Of a DNA stretch of 64,000 nt, positions 19,238 to 29,967 are shown piece after piece. The notes under the pieces are model-generated. The model did no database searches. It saw nothing but the letters and a program-made list of their open reading frames with translations, and was not told the DNA's origin. Origin of the DNA: Candidatus Hydrogenedentota bacterium (GTDB taxonomy: Bacteria; Hydrogenedentota; Hydrogenedentia; Hydrogenedentales; SLHB01); contig BTWA01000010.1 in the NCBI GenBank assembly GCA_045863295.1, positions 32,001 through 96,000 on the forward strand. The letters are read 5' to 3'. Position numbers and translations under genes: made by a program. Numbering within the stretch: the first letter of the stretch is position 1; every line of letters starts with the position of its first letter.

Positions 19238-19849
19238 ATGGAACTCACGAACTTATTCATCAAGTCCGTTTTCGTTGAGAACATGGCACTGGCCTTCTTC
19301 CTGGGCATGTGCAGCTTTTTGAGTTGCTCGAAGAAAGTGGATACAGCAATCGGCCTTGGGTTCGCCGTCGTAATCGTGCAGGGACTCACGGTGCCGATGA
19401 ACAATCTGATTCACACGTTTCTTCTCAAGGAAGGCGCTTTGGCCTGGATTCATCCATCGTTTGCCGCCACTAACTTCGAGTTTCTGGGGTTAATCAGCTA
19501 CATCGGCACTATTGCCGCAATCGTTCAAGTACTGGAAATGGCCCTCGATAAGTATGCCCCCGCCCTCTACGTTACGCTGGGCGTGTTCTTGCCGCTGATT
19601 ACCGTGAACTGCGTAATCCTGGCCGGTTCGTTGTTCATGGTGGAACGCGACTACAACTTCGCCGAAAGCGTGGTGTATGGACTTGGTTCCGGCGTGGGTT
19701 GGGCCATCGCGATTGTGGCCCTGGCGGCGTGCCGCGAAAAGATGCGGTACAGCAATGTGCCGCCAGGATTGCGGGGTTTGGGAATGTCGTTCATGCTGGC
19801 CGGATTGATGGCCATTGGCTTCCTGAGCTTCTCCGGCATTCAACTGTGA
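19238..19849 (+). CDS. nqrE: Na+-NQR subunit E
   Basis: [31 protein letters not shown]-terminus. Confidence 0.95.
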   Translation: MELTNLFIKSVFVENMALAFFLGMCSFLSCSKKVDTAIGLGFAVVIVQGLTVPMNNLIHTFLLKEGALAWIHPSFAATNFEFLGLISYIGTIAAIVQVLEMALDKYAPALYVTLGVFLPLITVNCVILAGSLFMVERDYNFAESVVYGLGSGVGWAIAIVALAACREKMRYSNVPPGLRGLGMSFMLAGLMAIGFLSFSGIQL

Positions 19850-19904
19850 TTTGCGGAAGCGACGCGGCGTTCCGCCTCGCTAACCCATAAGGACTGGATC
19901 ATAC

Positions 19905-21137
19905 ATGAGTCCAATTCTCGTCATAGCCTTGGGCATGGTGATGTTTACGGGCGTTATCCTGCTGCTCGTGGTCGTCTTGCTGATGGCGAAGCGCAAACTG
20001 GTCAGTTCAGGAAACGTCAAGATTCTGATCAACGGAGAGCAGGAGATTACCGCCTCCACCGGATCCAGCCTCTTGGGGACACTCGCCTCTCAAGGCATCT
20101 TTATCCCTTCCGCGTGCGGCGGCAAAGGCAGTTGCGGCGTCTGCAAGGTCAAAGTACTCGAAGGCGGCGGCGCCATGCTGCCAACCGAGACAGGCTTCAT
20201 TTCCCGCGGCGCGGCCCGCGAAGGCTGCCGGCTTTCGTGCCAGGTGAAGGTCAAGCAAGACCTTAAGATTGAAGTGCCCGCGGAAGTATTCCACGTCAAA
20301 AAGTGGGACTGCACGGTCAAATCCAACAGGAACGTCGCCACGTTCATCAAAGAGCTTGTGCTGCAACTGCCCGAGGGAGAGCACGTCGATTTCCGCGCCG
20401 GCGGGTATATTCAAATCGAATGCCCTCCGCACGAACTGGTCTACAGCAATTTCGATATCGACGAGCGTTTCCGTGAAGATTGGGACAAGTTTAGCCTCTG
20501 GAAGATCAAGTCCGTCGTTAAGGAAGGCGTTTCCCGCGCCTACTCCATGGCGAACTACCCACTCGAAAAGGGCATCATCATGCTGAACGTGCGCGTCGCC
20601 ACGCCGCCGCCGCGCGCACCCGAGGGAACGCCGCCCGGCATCATGTCGTCGTATATTTTCAATTTGAAGCCCGGCGACAAGGTAACCATTTCCGGTCCCT
20701 TTGGCGAGTTCTTTGCCAAGGATACCGAGGCGGAAATGTGCTTCATCGGCGGTGGCGCGGGCATGGCCCCGATGCGTTCGCACATCTACGATCTATTCCA
20801 TCGCATCCACACCAAACGAAAAGTGACCTTTTGGTACGGCGCACGCAGCCTGAAGGAAACATTCTACAACGACGAGTTCGACAAGATTCAGGCGGAGAAC
20901 CCCAATTTCAAGTGGCACTTGGCCTTGTCCGAACCGTTGCCTGAAGACAATTGGACTGGTTTGAAAGGGTTCATTCACCAGGTACTCTACGATCAGTATC
21001 TGAAAGAACATCCGAGTCCGGAAGATGTCGAGTACTACATTTGCGGTCCGCCCATGATGTTGACGGCCGTGCGTAATATGCTTACCGATTTGGGCGTGGA
21101 AAGCGAGAACATTGCGTACGACGATTTCGGCAGTTGA
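19905..21137 (+). CDS. nqrF: Na+-NQR subunit F
   Basis: 2Fe-2S motif [12 protein letters not shown]...[32 protein letters not shown]. Confidence 0.95.
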   Translation: MSPILVIALGMVMFTGVILLLVVVLLMAKRKLVSSGNVKILINGEQEITASTGSSLLGTLASQGIFIPSACGGKGSCGVCKVKVLEGGGAMLPTETGFISRGAAREGCRLSCQVKVKQDLKIEVPAEVFHVKKWDCTVKSNRNVATFIKELVLQLPEGEHVDFRAGGYIQIECPPHELVYSNFDIDERFREDWDKFSLWKIKSVVKEGVSRAYSMANYPLEKGIIMLNVRVATPPPRAPEGTPPGIMSSYIFNLKPGDKVTISGPFGEFFAKDTEAEMCFIGGGAGMAPMRSHIYDLFHRIHTKRKVTFWYGARSLKETFYNDEFDKIQAENPNFKWHLALSEPLPEDNWTGLKGFIHQVLYDQYLKEHPSPEDVEYYICGPPMMLTAVRNMLTDLGVESENIAYDDFGS

Positions 21138-21142
21138 TCGGC

Positions 21143-22219
21143 ATGCGACGCAGTGCAAGTAAGTTTATGGCCAGCGCGGCTCATCGGGTCGCGCTGGTTT
21201 CTTTCATGTCCCTCGCGTGTGCGTCGTGCCATGTCGGCAAAGGCGATTTCGCCTTGTCCGGTCCTACCATGGGCACAACCTATCACGTAAAGATCCGAGT
21301 GCAGGAGAGCGGCCTGTTTGCACACGGAAAATTGGTAAAGCAGGTGCAGTCGGCCATCGATGACGTGCTCGCCGGCATTGACGAACAGATGTCTACCTAC
21401 CGGGATTCCTCCGAGATTTCCCGCCTGAACTCAGCCCCCGCCAATACCCCAATCGCCGTTTCCGCGGACTTGTTTTCGGTGTTCCAAACCGCCGGACGCA
21501 TTAGCGAGGAGTCCGGAGGCGCGTTCGATATCACCGTGGGCCCGCTGGTGAACGCATGGGGATTCGGACCGAAGAAGAGCATCGAACCCAAAGAGCCCAC
21601 CGGCTCCGAGTTGGCAGACTTGCTGGACTTGGTCGGTTTTCAAAAACTCACCTTGAATGCAGAAGGCAAAACCATCGCCAAAATGCACGCCAGTACCTAT
21701 TGCGACCTGAACTCCATTGCCCCGGGCTACGCAGTAGACAAAGTCGCGTTGGCGTTGGACGCCTTGTCAATCGAACATTATATGGTTGAGATCGGCGGGG
21801 AAGTGCGCGCCAAGGGACTGAACGAAGAAGGTCAACCGTGGCAGATTGCGATCGAAAAGCCCACGCTCCTGCCCGAACAACAAATCGAGACCGTAGTGCC
21901 ATTGAGCGGAATGTCCCTCGCTACCTCCGGCGATTATCGCAACTTCATTGAAATCGACGGCCAACGGTTCTCGCATACCATCGATCCGAAGTCCGGCCGC
22001 CCAGTCACGCATAAACTGGCTTCTGTAACCGTTATTACTAAAGAATGCGTCGATGCGGACGGATACGCAACCGCCATCATGGCAATGGGGCCCGAGGCTG
22101 GCATGGCCATGGCGGAACGCCTGAAGTTAAGTGTATACATGATTTTGCACAGCGACGACGGCCAGTATCGGGTTGAAACGTCATCCGCATTTCAACAGCA
22201 ACCGGGCCAGTCCCAATGA
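21143..22219 (+). CDS. apbE: FAD:protein FMN transferase
   Basis: TMGTTY, MSTYRDSSEISRLN, GAFDITVG, EIGGE, ATSGDYRN, HTIDP, ADGYATA. Start uncertain (21134/21143/21167). Confidence 0.92.
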   Translation: MRRSASKFMASAAHRVALVSFMSLACASCHVGKGDFALSGPTMGTTYHVKIRVQESGLFAHGKLVKQVQSAIDDVLAGIDEQMSTYRDSSEISRLNSAPANTPIAVSADLFSVFQTAGRISEESGGAFDITVGPLVNAWGFGPKKSIEPKEPTGSELADLLDLVGFQKLTLNAEGKTIAKMHASTYCDLNSIAPGYAVDKVALALDALSIEHYMVEIGGEVRAKGLNEEGQPWQIAIEKPTLLPEQQIETVVPLSGMSLATSGDYRNFIEIDGQRFSHTIDPKSGRPVTHKLASVTVITKECVDADGYATAIMAMGPEAGMAMAERLKLSVYMILHSDDGQYRVETSSAFQQQPGQSQ

Positions 22220-22229
22220 GGGCGCAGCC

Positions 22230-22451
22230 ATGCCGCAACTAGTCATATTTCTCGTGACCCTGACCTTCGTCGCCATTGCGATGATGGCGCTTGCCGTGGG
22301 CTACCTGGTTCGCGGCCGCTGCATCCGAGGCACCTGCAGCACCGAAGGCGTCATCGGTCCGGACGGCGAACTCCTCACCTGCGACACCTGTCCGCGCCGG
22401 AAGGAAGGCGAATGCGATGGCGAACATGGACATGAACACCACGCCGCGTAG
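22230..22451 (+). CDS. nqrM: Na+-NQR maturation protein
   Basis: Small protein with an N-terminal TM then Cys cluster (CIRGTC...CDTC...C); position after apbE. Confidence 0.7.
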   Translation: MPQLVIFLVTLTFVAIAMMALAVGYLVRGRCIRGTCSTEGVIGPDGELLTCDTCPRRKEGECDGEHGHEHHAA

Positions 22452-24261
22452 CCATAGTTGTGGGCTCGGCGTTGCGCACACGGTAGCCCGATACGTGGCG
22501 GCGTGGGTGGTTTTCCTCCTGGGAATCGCAACCCTGGCCTTCGCCCAGGACACGCGCAAGCTCAACAACTTCGTGAGCGAACTCGGTACGTGGAGTCAAT
22601 CACAAGCGGATTCCAAGGTCTCATTTACAACTCCTGCCGACGGGTGGCTTCTTATCCGGGTTGTTGCCAAGCCCGATACGCACGTGCAAGTCGTCGACGA
22701 AGGCAACATTTTGGTGAACGAGGCCCGCCCCGAGGCCATGGTGTGGAAAGCCAAGGACACGTACGTTCTTCAAGTCCTCGGCGACGGTGCACGGCAAGTG
22801 TCTGTGCGAACCATACCGGAGTTGCACTATTGCCGATACCCGGCCCAGCCCAGCGTGGCCGCCTACGGCAGTTACGATTGGCCCTTTCTCGAACGCCATG
22901 TCCTGCCGCATGTCAATACCATCGTCGGCAACCCGGCGGATGATGCAGACAATCGCATCGACCCATGGATCAGAACCGGCCGAAAGTGGATTGGATACGC
23001 CGGATTGCCGCTCGCGGAAGGACTCTCCGCAGACAACGCATACAGGCATTGGGCCGAGAATCCCGGTTTTACCGATCCTCGCTTGTCCGGTGTCATAGTG
23101 GATGAGTTTCAAGGGCGTCAGAATCCGTTGTATCCGGCTTGGACCGAATCGCTGGCCCGGCTTGGCAGCAATCCCGTCTTTACCGGCAAGAAGTTTTACG
23201 GATATTGCGGTGGCCCAGGCATGTATTCACGGCCGCAAACCCGATCTTTTGTCAACACGGTGATCGAAAAAGACTACCGCATCGCGTGGCTGCGGTATCT
23301 GCATGAGATGCCGACCCACGCCGCCGCCGAAACACAGCTTCAGACCCTGTTGACAGACGAAATGGTCAAGTGGCGCGCCACGTTTCCCGGCGTGGAAAGA
23401 CACATGATCCTGGTATCCGGATTGTTTACAAGCGCCCTGAGCCTGAACGTTCAGCCACAAGTAAGTTACAAAGCCTGGATGGACATGCAAGTACGCCACC
23501 TGGCGACCGATCCGGCGTTCCAAGGATTGTCTGGGCTTCAATGGTGGACTTCCCAGCAGGCAGACGAGGAAATACTCCGCTGGATGGCCGCGCTCTTCCG
23601 GCATTACGCCCTCGAGGGTCGAACGGATTCCCTTGCGGAAGCGTACGGCTATGCATATGAGCTACCCCATTTGACTAACCCTGACTTCGACGCCCAACTC
23701 GACGGATGGACTGCCAATACAGCCGAAACAGGCACGATCACTTCGGGGTATATGGAGCACCTAGGGCGTTTGCAAGGACGTTACTGGCATCGCGCAATCT
23801 TTCCCGATGAACCTGCGGGCAACGCCTTCGCTCTGCTAAGAAGAAGTACCAGGGGCCCCAACCGAATCAGCCAGCCGGTTCGCAGTCTGAAACCCGGCCA
23901 GTTGTACTCATTGAAAGTTATTGCAGCAGATTATGGCGACCTTTCGGCCGGGTTGTCCGAGGAAAAAGAAGTCGCGTTGCGCATCGACTTCACAGGGGCA
24001 GAGCCGGTTCCAGGCAAAAGCTTTGTAACCCGGTACAATAGTGCTTCGTCCGCAACCACGAGTGGTCCGTTTACCGGGGGAAAAGTGGCCTGGTTTACCC
24101 TGTACCGGCAAGTCTTTCGCGCGACACGCGAAATCGGCGAGCTAACTATTTCGGATTGGAAGAGCGATTCGGAAGCAGGCGGCGCCACCGGCCAGGAAAT
24201 AGCGATAAATTTCGTTGAATTGGAGCCCTATTACGATGCGGACGCCGGCGATCCGCATTGA
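22432..24261 (+). CDS. Secreted hypothetical protein (possible TIM-barrel glycoside-hydrolase-like domain plus beta-sandwich)
   Basis: Long ORF with signal peptide ending LAFAQD; GVIVDEF motif; C-terminal LTNPDF...GW carbohydrate-binding-like segment. Start uncertain. Confidence 0.6.
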   Translation: MNTTPRSHSCGLGVAHTVARYVAAWVVFLLGIATLAFAQDTRKLNNFVSELGTWSQSQADSKVSFTTPADGWLLIRVVAKPDTHVQVVDEGNILVNEARPEAMVWKAKDTYVLQVLGDGARQVSVRTIPELHYCRYPAQPSVAAYGSYDWPFLERHVLPHVNTIVGNPADDADNRIDPWIRTGRKWIGYAGLPLAEGLSADNAYRHWAENPGFTDPRLSGVIVDEFQGRQNPLYPAWTESLARLGSNPVFTGKKFYGYCGGPGMYSRPQTRSFVNTVIEKDYRIAWLRYLHEMPTHAAAETQLQTLLTDEMVKWRATFPGVERHMILVSGLFTSALSLNVQPQVSYKAWMDMQVRHLATDPAFQGLSGLQWWTSQQADEEILRWMAALFRHYALEGRTDSLAEAYGYAYELPHLTNPDFDAQLDGWTANTAETGTITSGYMEHLGRLQGRYWHRAIFPDEPAGNAFALLRRSTRGPNRISQPVRSLKPGQLYSLKVIAADYGDLSAGLSEEKEVALRIDFTGAEPVPGKSFVTRYNSASSATTSGPFTGGKVAWFTLYRQVFRATREIGELTISDWKSDSEAGGATGQEIAINFVELEPYYDADAGDPH

Positions 24262-24377
24262 ATTGGGTGAATCCTTGCCAAACGTGATACACTCCTGACC
24301 ATTTCCCTGGGCAGGGGAAATGTGCGCAAATGCGCGATACGTGAGTGGACCGCTACCGGATCGGGAATCAAAAAAAC

Positions 24378-25925
24378 ATGCATCCAACCCGTCCCATTAT
24401 CGTCTTGGATTTTGGCGCGCAGTACAGCAAGCTTATCGCCCGCCGCGTTCGCGAAGCCAATGTGTTCAGCCTGATTGAGCCGTTCAACGTCTCCATCGAA
24501 ACACTCAAGGCGCACAACCCCGCCGGCATTATCTTCAGCGGCGGTCCCGCCAGCGTGCATGCGGCCGGATCGCCAAAGCCGGATCCGCGCGTGTTTGATC
24601 TTGGCGTGCCCATTCTTGGCATCTGCTACGGCATTCAGCTCTTCGCGGACATGCTCGGCGGCAAGGTGGAGCGTGCAGGCAAGCGAGAATACGGCATCGC
24701 CCATCTGGAGCATCACGATACCACAGGCTTCCTGGCCGGCATTCATAACCGCACGCAAGTGTGGATGAGTCACGGCGACGCCGTCACCGAATTGCCTGCA
24801 GGTTTTCAAACACTGGGCACCACCGAGAATTGTCCCTACGCGGCGGCGGCTGATGTCGCGCGAAAGTTCTACGGCGTTCAATTTCACCCGGAAGTGGTCC
24901 ACACCCCGGAAGGCACCAAGGTGCTTTCAAATTTTGTCCACACCATCTGCGGATGCAAGGGCGATTGGAACATGGGTTCATTTGTCGATGTCGCCATCGC
25001 CGACATTCGCGAGCAGGTGGGATCCGACGGGCGCGTCGTGCTCGGATTGAGCGGGGGAGTAGACTCCAGCGTGGCGGCCGTGCTGATTCACAAGGCCATT
25101 GGCGATCGCCTCACGTGCGTGTTTGTGAACAACGGACTGTTGCGCAAGGGGGAACCGGAACTCGTACAACAAGTTTTCCGCGATCATTTTCATATCGATT
25201 TGCACTACGTCGATGCGGAAGTTCGTTTCCTCGTCGCGCTCAAGGGCGTCACCGATCCGGAACAAAAGCGCAAGATCATCGGCAAGCTTTTCGTCGATAT
25301 CTTTGAAGAAGAGGCAGGCAAACTGGGCAAGGTCGATTTTCTCGCCCAAGGAACACTTTACCCCGATGTGATTGAAAGCGTCTCCGCGACAGGCGGCCCG
25401 TCCGTGACCATTAAGAGCCATCACAACGTCGGTGGATTGCCCGAGCACATGAACCTGAAGCTGCTGGAACCGCTACGGGAACTATTCAAAGACGAAGTGC
25501 GCGCCCTGGGGCGTCAACTCGGATTGACCGAGGAAATCGTCATGCGTCACCCGTTTCCAGGTCCGGGCTTGGGCGTGCGCTGCATTGGAGAAGTCACCAA
25601 AGACCGTCTGGAAACGCTCCGCGAAGCCGACGCCATTTTTATTGAGGAGATCCGGCGCGCCGGGTTGTATCCAGCGATATGGCAAGCATTGGTGTGTCTG
25701 CTCCCCGTTCGCAGCGTGGGTGTCCAGGGCGACGAACGCACCTATGAAGAAGTGTGTTCCCTGCGCGCCGTTACCTCCGAAGATGCCATGACCGCGGACT
25801 GGTTCCGGTTTCCGCCGGAAATCCTGCAACGCATTTCCAACCGCATTTGCAACGAAGTGCAGCACATCAACCGCGTCCTCTACGACGTGACCTCCAAGCC
25901 GCCCGGCACCATCGAGTGGGAATAG
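24378..25925 (+). CDS. guaA: GMP synthase (glutamine-hydrolysing)
   Basis: [62 protein letters not shown]. Confidence 0.97.
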   Translation: MHPTRPIIVLDFGAQYSKLIARRVREANVFSLIEPFNVSIETLKAHNPAGIIFSGGPASVHAAGSPKPDPRVFDLGVPILGICYGIQLFADMLGGKVERAGKREYGIAHLEHHDTTGFLAGIHNRTQVWMSHGDAVTELPAGFQTLGTTENCPYAAAADVARKFYGVQFHPEVVHTPEGTKVLSNFVHTICGCKGDWNMGSFVDVAIADIREQVGSDGRVVLGLSGGVDSSVAAVLIHKAIGDRLTCVFVNNGLLRKGEPELVQQVFRDHFHIDLHYVDAEVRFLVALKGVTDPEQKRKIIGKLFVDIFEEEAGKLGKVDFLAQGTLYPDVIESVSATGGPSVTIKSHHNVGGLPEHMNLKLLEPLRELFKDEVRALGRQLGLTEEIVMRHPFPGPGLGVRCIGEVTKDRLETLREADAIFIEEIRRAGLYPAIWQALVCLLPVRSVGVQGDERTYEEVCSLRAVTSEDAMTADWFRFPPEILQRISNRICNEVQHINRVLYDVTSKPPGTIEWE

Positions 25926-25935
25926 CCGCGTGCGC

Positions 25936-28731
25936 TCAGGGCTCCACGGTAACAGGCATATTGTAGTATGAAGTTATCGTTGCTCCGTCGATGTGTGTGT
26001 TGACAGAACCCTCGATGAAATAGTCTCCCGGGGGAACTGCCGGAATAAAAACGAGTGCCGCGTCGAGATTGACGCTGCCCGTGTTCATTCGCAAGCCGAT
26101 GCCGAGGAGCAAATCCCGCAGGCCTAGCACCGTACGCGATTGGGTGTAGTGGCCTCCCGTGCGCTCGGCAAGGCGCATCAGGGATACGTAATCGGGCAAG
26201 CGCCCGAGGCCCACCACATTTACACTCACATCGTAATCCAGCGCCACGCGAACGGCACTCTCGAAGATAGTCTTATCAAATGCCCGTCCATCCGTCAAAA
26301 GGATGAATTTAAGCGGTAAGTTCGCCGTATTCGAGATATAAGGAATGACATCCATCAAACTCGTGTACATGGGTGACCCGCCAACACTGGTTACACGATC
26401 CAGTGCGTCCAACACGTCGTCCTTGTCCGTCGTGAATGCCTGCAGCAGGCGGGTCTGCTTGAAACCATCGGTTGCGGGGGGGCCAAAATCGAATATAGCC
26501 ACCTCATCGTTCTCAAGCAGGATCTTCACGAGTTCCTTGCACGCCAGAATGCGCGAGTTTTCCGGGTCACTCAGTATCATGCTTGCACTGCCGTCCACGA
26601 GAAATGCGATGGACACCGGGGGGCGATTGGGCATGACCGGATCGCCTTCCCCCACTTCGGGATCGCCGCCGCCGCCTGGAGGGTCGTTTTCAATGGGTTC
26701 AGTCGATTCGGGTTCGTAGATCACCACCGGCCCAAAGGTATAGTGGGCAAACCCGCTGCTGCCGGTATACAACCTGTCGCCCAGATCCACCGGAGTCAGG
26801 CTGATTTCAAATGATCCACCATCGGGCGTGAAGGCGCGAGGGGAAAGGCCCGATACCGGCGATCGGGTCAAAGGCGAGAACACCATATCGCTTTGCGATG
26901 AAACCGGAATTACAAGCGGTCCCTTTTCGGCTATCTTCAGCGATTTGCCTGAGCTTCCCGCCGGAACCTCATCCTGAAGAAAGTACCAACCTTCAACGGT
27001 GGCAATGCCTGCGTTCGTGGACTCCTCTTCAAACCGGTAAGGAAACAGCGACACTTCCGTCGACCCGATCCTTTTTGCATGCAGCTTGTTGCGCGTCGCG
27101 TCAAACGACAAAACTGATTCATCCGTAATCTTCATGCTCGCGTTAGCGGAAATGCCTTTGCTTGTCCCGCACGTATTCAGAAGTAGTGCTTGAAGCGACT
27201 GGGATGGGCCCTCGCCCAGGACAGGGATCAAGTTCTTGAATGCATTCGACAACGAACCATCCCCGTTATTCCTGTAAAAGTGCACGTCCACCGGCACATC
27301 CAGCCCCCAGGCAATGGCCAGTTTCTGATGCAAAGCGAAAAACACGGGATCGTTGGCCGCGAATCCCATACCCGCGAAAACGCCGCCTACGTTGGCCGTG
27401 ACACGGCCCAGGATTTGTGCCCGCAACTCCGCCGGAATCAGCGTGAACTGGCCAAGGGCCCGGGCGTACGACTCGGCAAAATGCCGGGACATGCCATCCG
27501 CCGTAAATGTGATTTCCACATCCGCCCAGGCAACCTGCGCTCCAAAGTTTCCTTTGGCCGAAAGGGTCGAAGTCTCGCCGGGATTCAACCGATTCCCCTG
27601 ATCCGGCCGGGCCGACGCCGTAATCTGCTTGATGTCCGTGGGTACCACGCAGTCCATAAAGTAATCGGCCGCAAGCAACGGGATTTGCACGATATCCAAG
27701 AAAGCGCAGAGGTTTGTAGCCTGACTTGCGCTGATGTGGCTCCAAGAAGTCTGTGCCCCAGAGGCCAGTGCGCCGTATTTCAACGCGTCTAACGTGGCGT
27801 ACAGATTGGTCGTGCCCGCGCTCATGGCGTCCAGTTTGATTACCGATGCGAAGAACATCAACGCAGCGGGGTTGATAGCCTTGGTTCCATCGCCATCTTT
27901 CATGGCGGACTTGGCATCAGGCGTGACCTCCATTGGAACGCCCGACCCCGCCAGAAGACTGCATAACAGTTGCCGGTCCGGCACCGAAAGCTGCGAAAGT
28001 CTGATCCGCGCATACTGCAGAAATCGATCGCAAGTATCGAAATCATCGTCAATCTGATGGAGTTCGCCAATCAATACGCCTGACATCTCCGCGGCCTGCT
28101 CCACATACCGGCGCGTGCCGTCCAGCAACGACTGAACACTATTCAAAAAGGCCTCGGCCTCGTTCATGGCCGGGACACTCTGCGGATTGACGATAAAATG
28201 CCAATCGACGCTCGCTTTCACCTCGGGTGACTCGGCAAACGCAACATTCAAATCATACGTCCCAGCCGCTATAGGCGGTACTTGCACCGTCAAGTACGAT
28301 TCGGTCTGCAAAATGGGTGTGACCCGAATGTTGTTGAACCCAACGAGGAGCGAGTTGCCCTGCGCATCGGCAAATTCGATTCGTATGATTTCGCCGGGCA
28401 CGCCCTGCTGCGAAGAAACCTCCGTAATCTTGGGGAGGAGGTCACCCAGCGATACCAGCAGGTGCACAAGCGTGCCGGGTACCACGGCTGCGCCGGCCGG
28501 AGGGTTCTGCTGATAGACCGTGTTCATGGCAACGCCGCTCTGAAAGTCCGTAAACACGGAGCCCCGTGTTAGGCCGGCGGCGCTGAGCAACGCATCCACT
28601 TCGCCGATTTGCGTTCCCACCAGATCGGGGACAATGCTCTGACTATTCGAAGGAGGGTCACACGTGAAATTGGGCAGAAGCGCCAAAAGGAGGAGCGGAA
28701 GGTATTTTTTGCACACAGCCGCGTTCACCAT
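25936..28731 (-). CDS. Lipoprotein with PASTA, IPT/TIG-like and C-terminal VWA domains
   Basis: Lipobox-like LLPNFTC; PASTA (VPDLVG...V..QNPPAG..V..G..V.L.VS.G); VWA MIDAS DGSAS...LLTDG...LAERTGG.Y. Confidence 0.75.
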   Translation of the reverse strand: MVNAAVCKKYLPLLLLALLPNFTCDPPSNSQSIVPDLVGTQIGEVDALLSAAGLTRGSVFTDFQSGVAMNTVYQQNPPAGAAVVPGTLVHLLVSLGDLLPKITEVSSQQGVPGEIIRIEFADAQGNSLLVGFNNIRVTPILQTESYLTVQVPPIAAGTYDLNVAFAESPEVKASVDWHFIVNPQSVPAMNEAEAFLNSVQSLLDGTRRYVEQAAEMSGVLIGELHQIDDDFDTCDRFLQYARIRLSQLSVPDRQLLCSLLAGSGVPMEVTPDAKSAMKDGDGTKAINPAALMFFASVIKLDAMSAGTTNLYATLDALKYGALASGAQTSWSHISASQATNLCAFLDIVQIPLLAADYFMDCVVPTDIKQITASARPDQGNRLNPGETSTLSAKGNFGAQVAWADVEITFTADGMSRHFAESYARALGQFTLIPAELRAQILGRVTANVGGVFAGMGFAANDPVFFALHQKLAIAWGLDVPVDVHFYRNNGDGSLSNAFKNLIPVLGEGPSQSLQALLLNTCGTSKGISANASMKITDESVLSFDATRNKLHAKRIGSTEVSLFPYRFEEESTNAGIATVEGWYFLQDEVPAGSSGKSLKIAEKGPLVIPVSSQSDMVFSPLTRSPVSGLSPRAFTPDGGSFEISLTPVDLGDRLYTGSSGFAHYTFGPVVIYEPESTEPIENDPPGGGGDPEVGEGDPVMPNRPPVSIAFLVDGSASMILSDPENSRILACKELVKILLENDEVAIFDFGPPATDGFKQTRLLQAFTTDKDDVLDALDRVTSVGGSPMYTSLMDVIPYISNTANLPLKFILLTDGRAFDKTIFESAVRVALDYDVSVNVVGLGRLPDYVSLMRLAERTGGHYTQSRTVLGLRDLLLGIGLRMNTGSVNLDAALVFIPAVPPGDYFIEGSVNTHIDGATITSYYNMPVTVEP

Positions 28732-28776
28732 GACTCAACCCTTTTCGTCATGGTGGACCTAGCCCCTAGTAAGTTA

Positions 28777-28805
28777 ACTATACACCGGAACTAGGGAAGT
28801 GTCAA
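28777..28805 (-). promoter_or_regulatory. Near-consensus sigma70 promoter for the PASTA-VWA gene
   Basis: Minus strand TTGACA (28805-28800), 17-nt spacer, TATAGT (28782-28777). Confidence 0.7.
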
Positions 28806-28846
28806 CTCTAAAGCGTCTGAGTCGTAAGATCCGAGGCCAAATACAT

Positions 28847-29866
28847 TCAAGGCAGATGAAGTACCTGCTCAATCGCTTCCCAGGCTACCAACTTGAAATT
28901 CTGAGTGCCCGAATTATCGACATCATCTTGAGCCACGAAAAGTCCGTGTCCAAAGGCGCCGCCAAGCGATGCACTGCACACGTCGATGCCGTCTGTGCCA
29001 GTTACCGCATCAATCGCATTCGTCGCGCCAACCTGAAATGACCCCGCAAACGCATTTCCCAGTTCCCGTGAATAAACGGCAAATTCGTTGCTCCCCTGGC
29101 AGGAGGCGACAAGATACCCTTTGCCGTCGGGCTTTGCGTACAGTGCAAGGCCTTCGATATCGGCGGTGAGGCGCCCGTCCGGTCGCACGGTGTCCACAGC
29201 AATGCGTTCATCTCCTGCATTGGGTTCTGCGTTGAAACGCCAGATTCCCCGGGTTTCTTCACCCACGTAAAGTACAGCCAAGGCATCATCAGCAACGCAC
29301 CCTTCCACCTGGCCATCAACCCTTAATACACGGACTCGTTTGCCGGTCACCGCGCCGGATTCATCTTCCTGTAGACGCCACTGGACAATTTCGCCTTCCT
29401 TGGTGGTTACAAACGCGTACATCGCTCCGGCCTTATTTCTGTAAAGACAGAAGCCATATACCGCTACGCCGGATTCAATTCCTTTATTCTGACCCGTCAG
29501 GATACCGGTGGATTCATCCAGGCGGTAAATCGCAATGGTGTTATTAGTGCGATTGGTGGCGGCGACCAATGTCGACACACCGTTCCGCCCCTGGAAACCT
29601 GCACGAATATCCACGTTGTTCATTTGGCCGTCAGGAAGGCTCTGCACAAGCTTTCCATGCAGCGTATATACGTACAACCCGGTCTGTTTGTCCGTGCCAA
29701 CAATCAGGCTTTCTTTCGGATTCGATGCATTAACCCAGATGCAGGGATCATCCGCAGCGTCGCCGGATGACGTCACGGCTTCTGTTTCGGCTACGGGTTG
29801 TACCGTGGCCGCACTAACCGGAACAGTGGCGCACCACAGTGCGAATGTCACAACCAGCGCGTGCAT
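28847..29866 (-). CDS. Beta-propeller phytase (3-phytase)
   Basis: GDAADDPCIW, GTDK, MNNVD, YGFCLY, VEGCVAD, EETRGIW, DIEGL, TDGID, GLFVAQD, QNFK. Signal peptide; AAGGAG RBS. Confidence 0.9.
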   Translation of the reverse strand: MHALVVTFALWCATVPVSAATVQPVAETEAVTSSGDAADDPCIWVNASNPKESLIVGTDKQTGLYVYTLHGKLVQSLPDGQMNNVDIRAGFQGRNGVSTLVAATNRTNNTIAIYRLDESTGILTGQNKGIESGVAVYGFCLYRNKAGAMYAFVTTKEGEIVQWRLQEDESGAVTGKRVRVLRVDGQVEGCVADDALAVLYVGEETRGIWRFNAEPNAGDERIAVDTVRPDGRLTADIEGLALYAKPDGKGYLVASCQGSNEFAVYSRELGNAFAGSFQVGATNAIDAVTGTDGIDVCSASLGGAFGHGLFVAQDDVDNSGTQNFKLVAWEAIEQVLHLP

Positions 29867-29903
29867 CGAATAGACCCTCTCCTTGATTTACAATCGAGTA
29901 AAG

Positions 29904-29934
29904 CGGGGCCTTGGGAATGACTCCCAAAGCCCCG
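29904..29934 (-). terminator. GC-rich stem-loop between the DUF1559 and phytase genes
   Basis: CGGGGCCTTGGGA-ATGAC-TCCCAAAGCCCCG; followed by a short CTTT on the minus strand. Confidence 0.5.
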
Positions 29935-29967
29935 AATGCACATTCAAGCTGACCGGCAAATAAGCAA

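Noticed and set aside
24262..24377. Purine riboswitch upstream of guaA
   Set aside because: Only a short CATTTCCC/GGGAAATG hairpin; no purine-riboswitch core.
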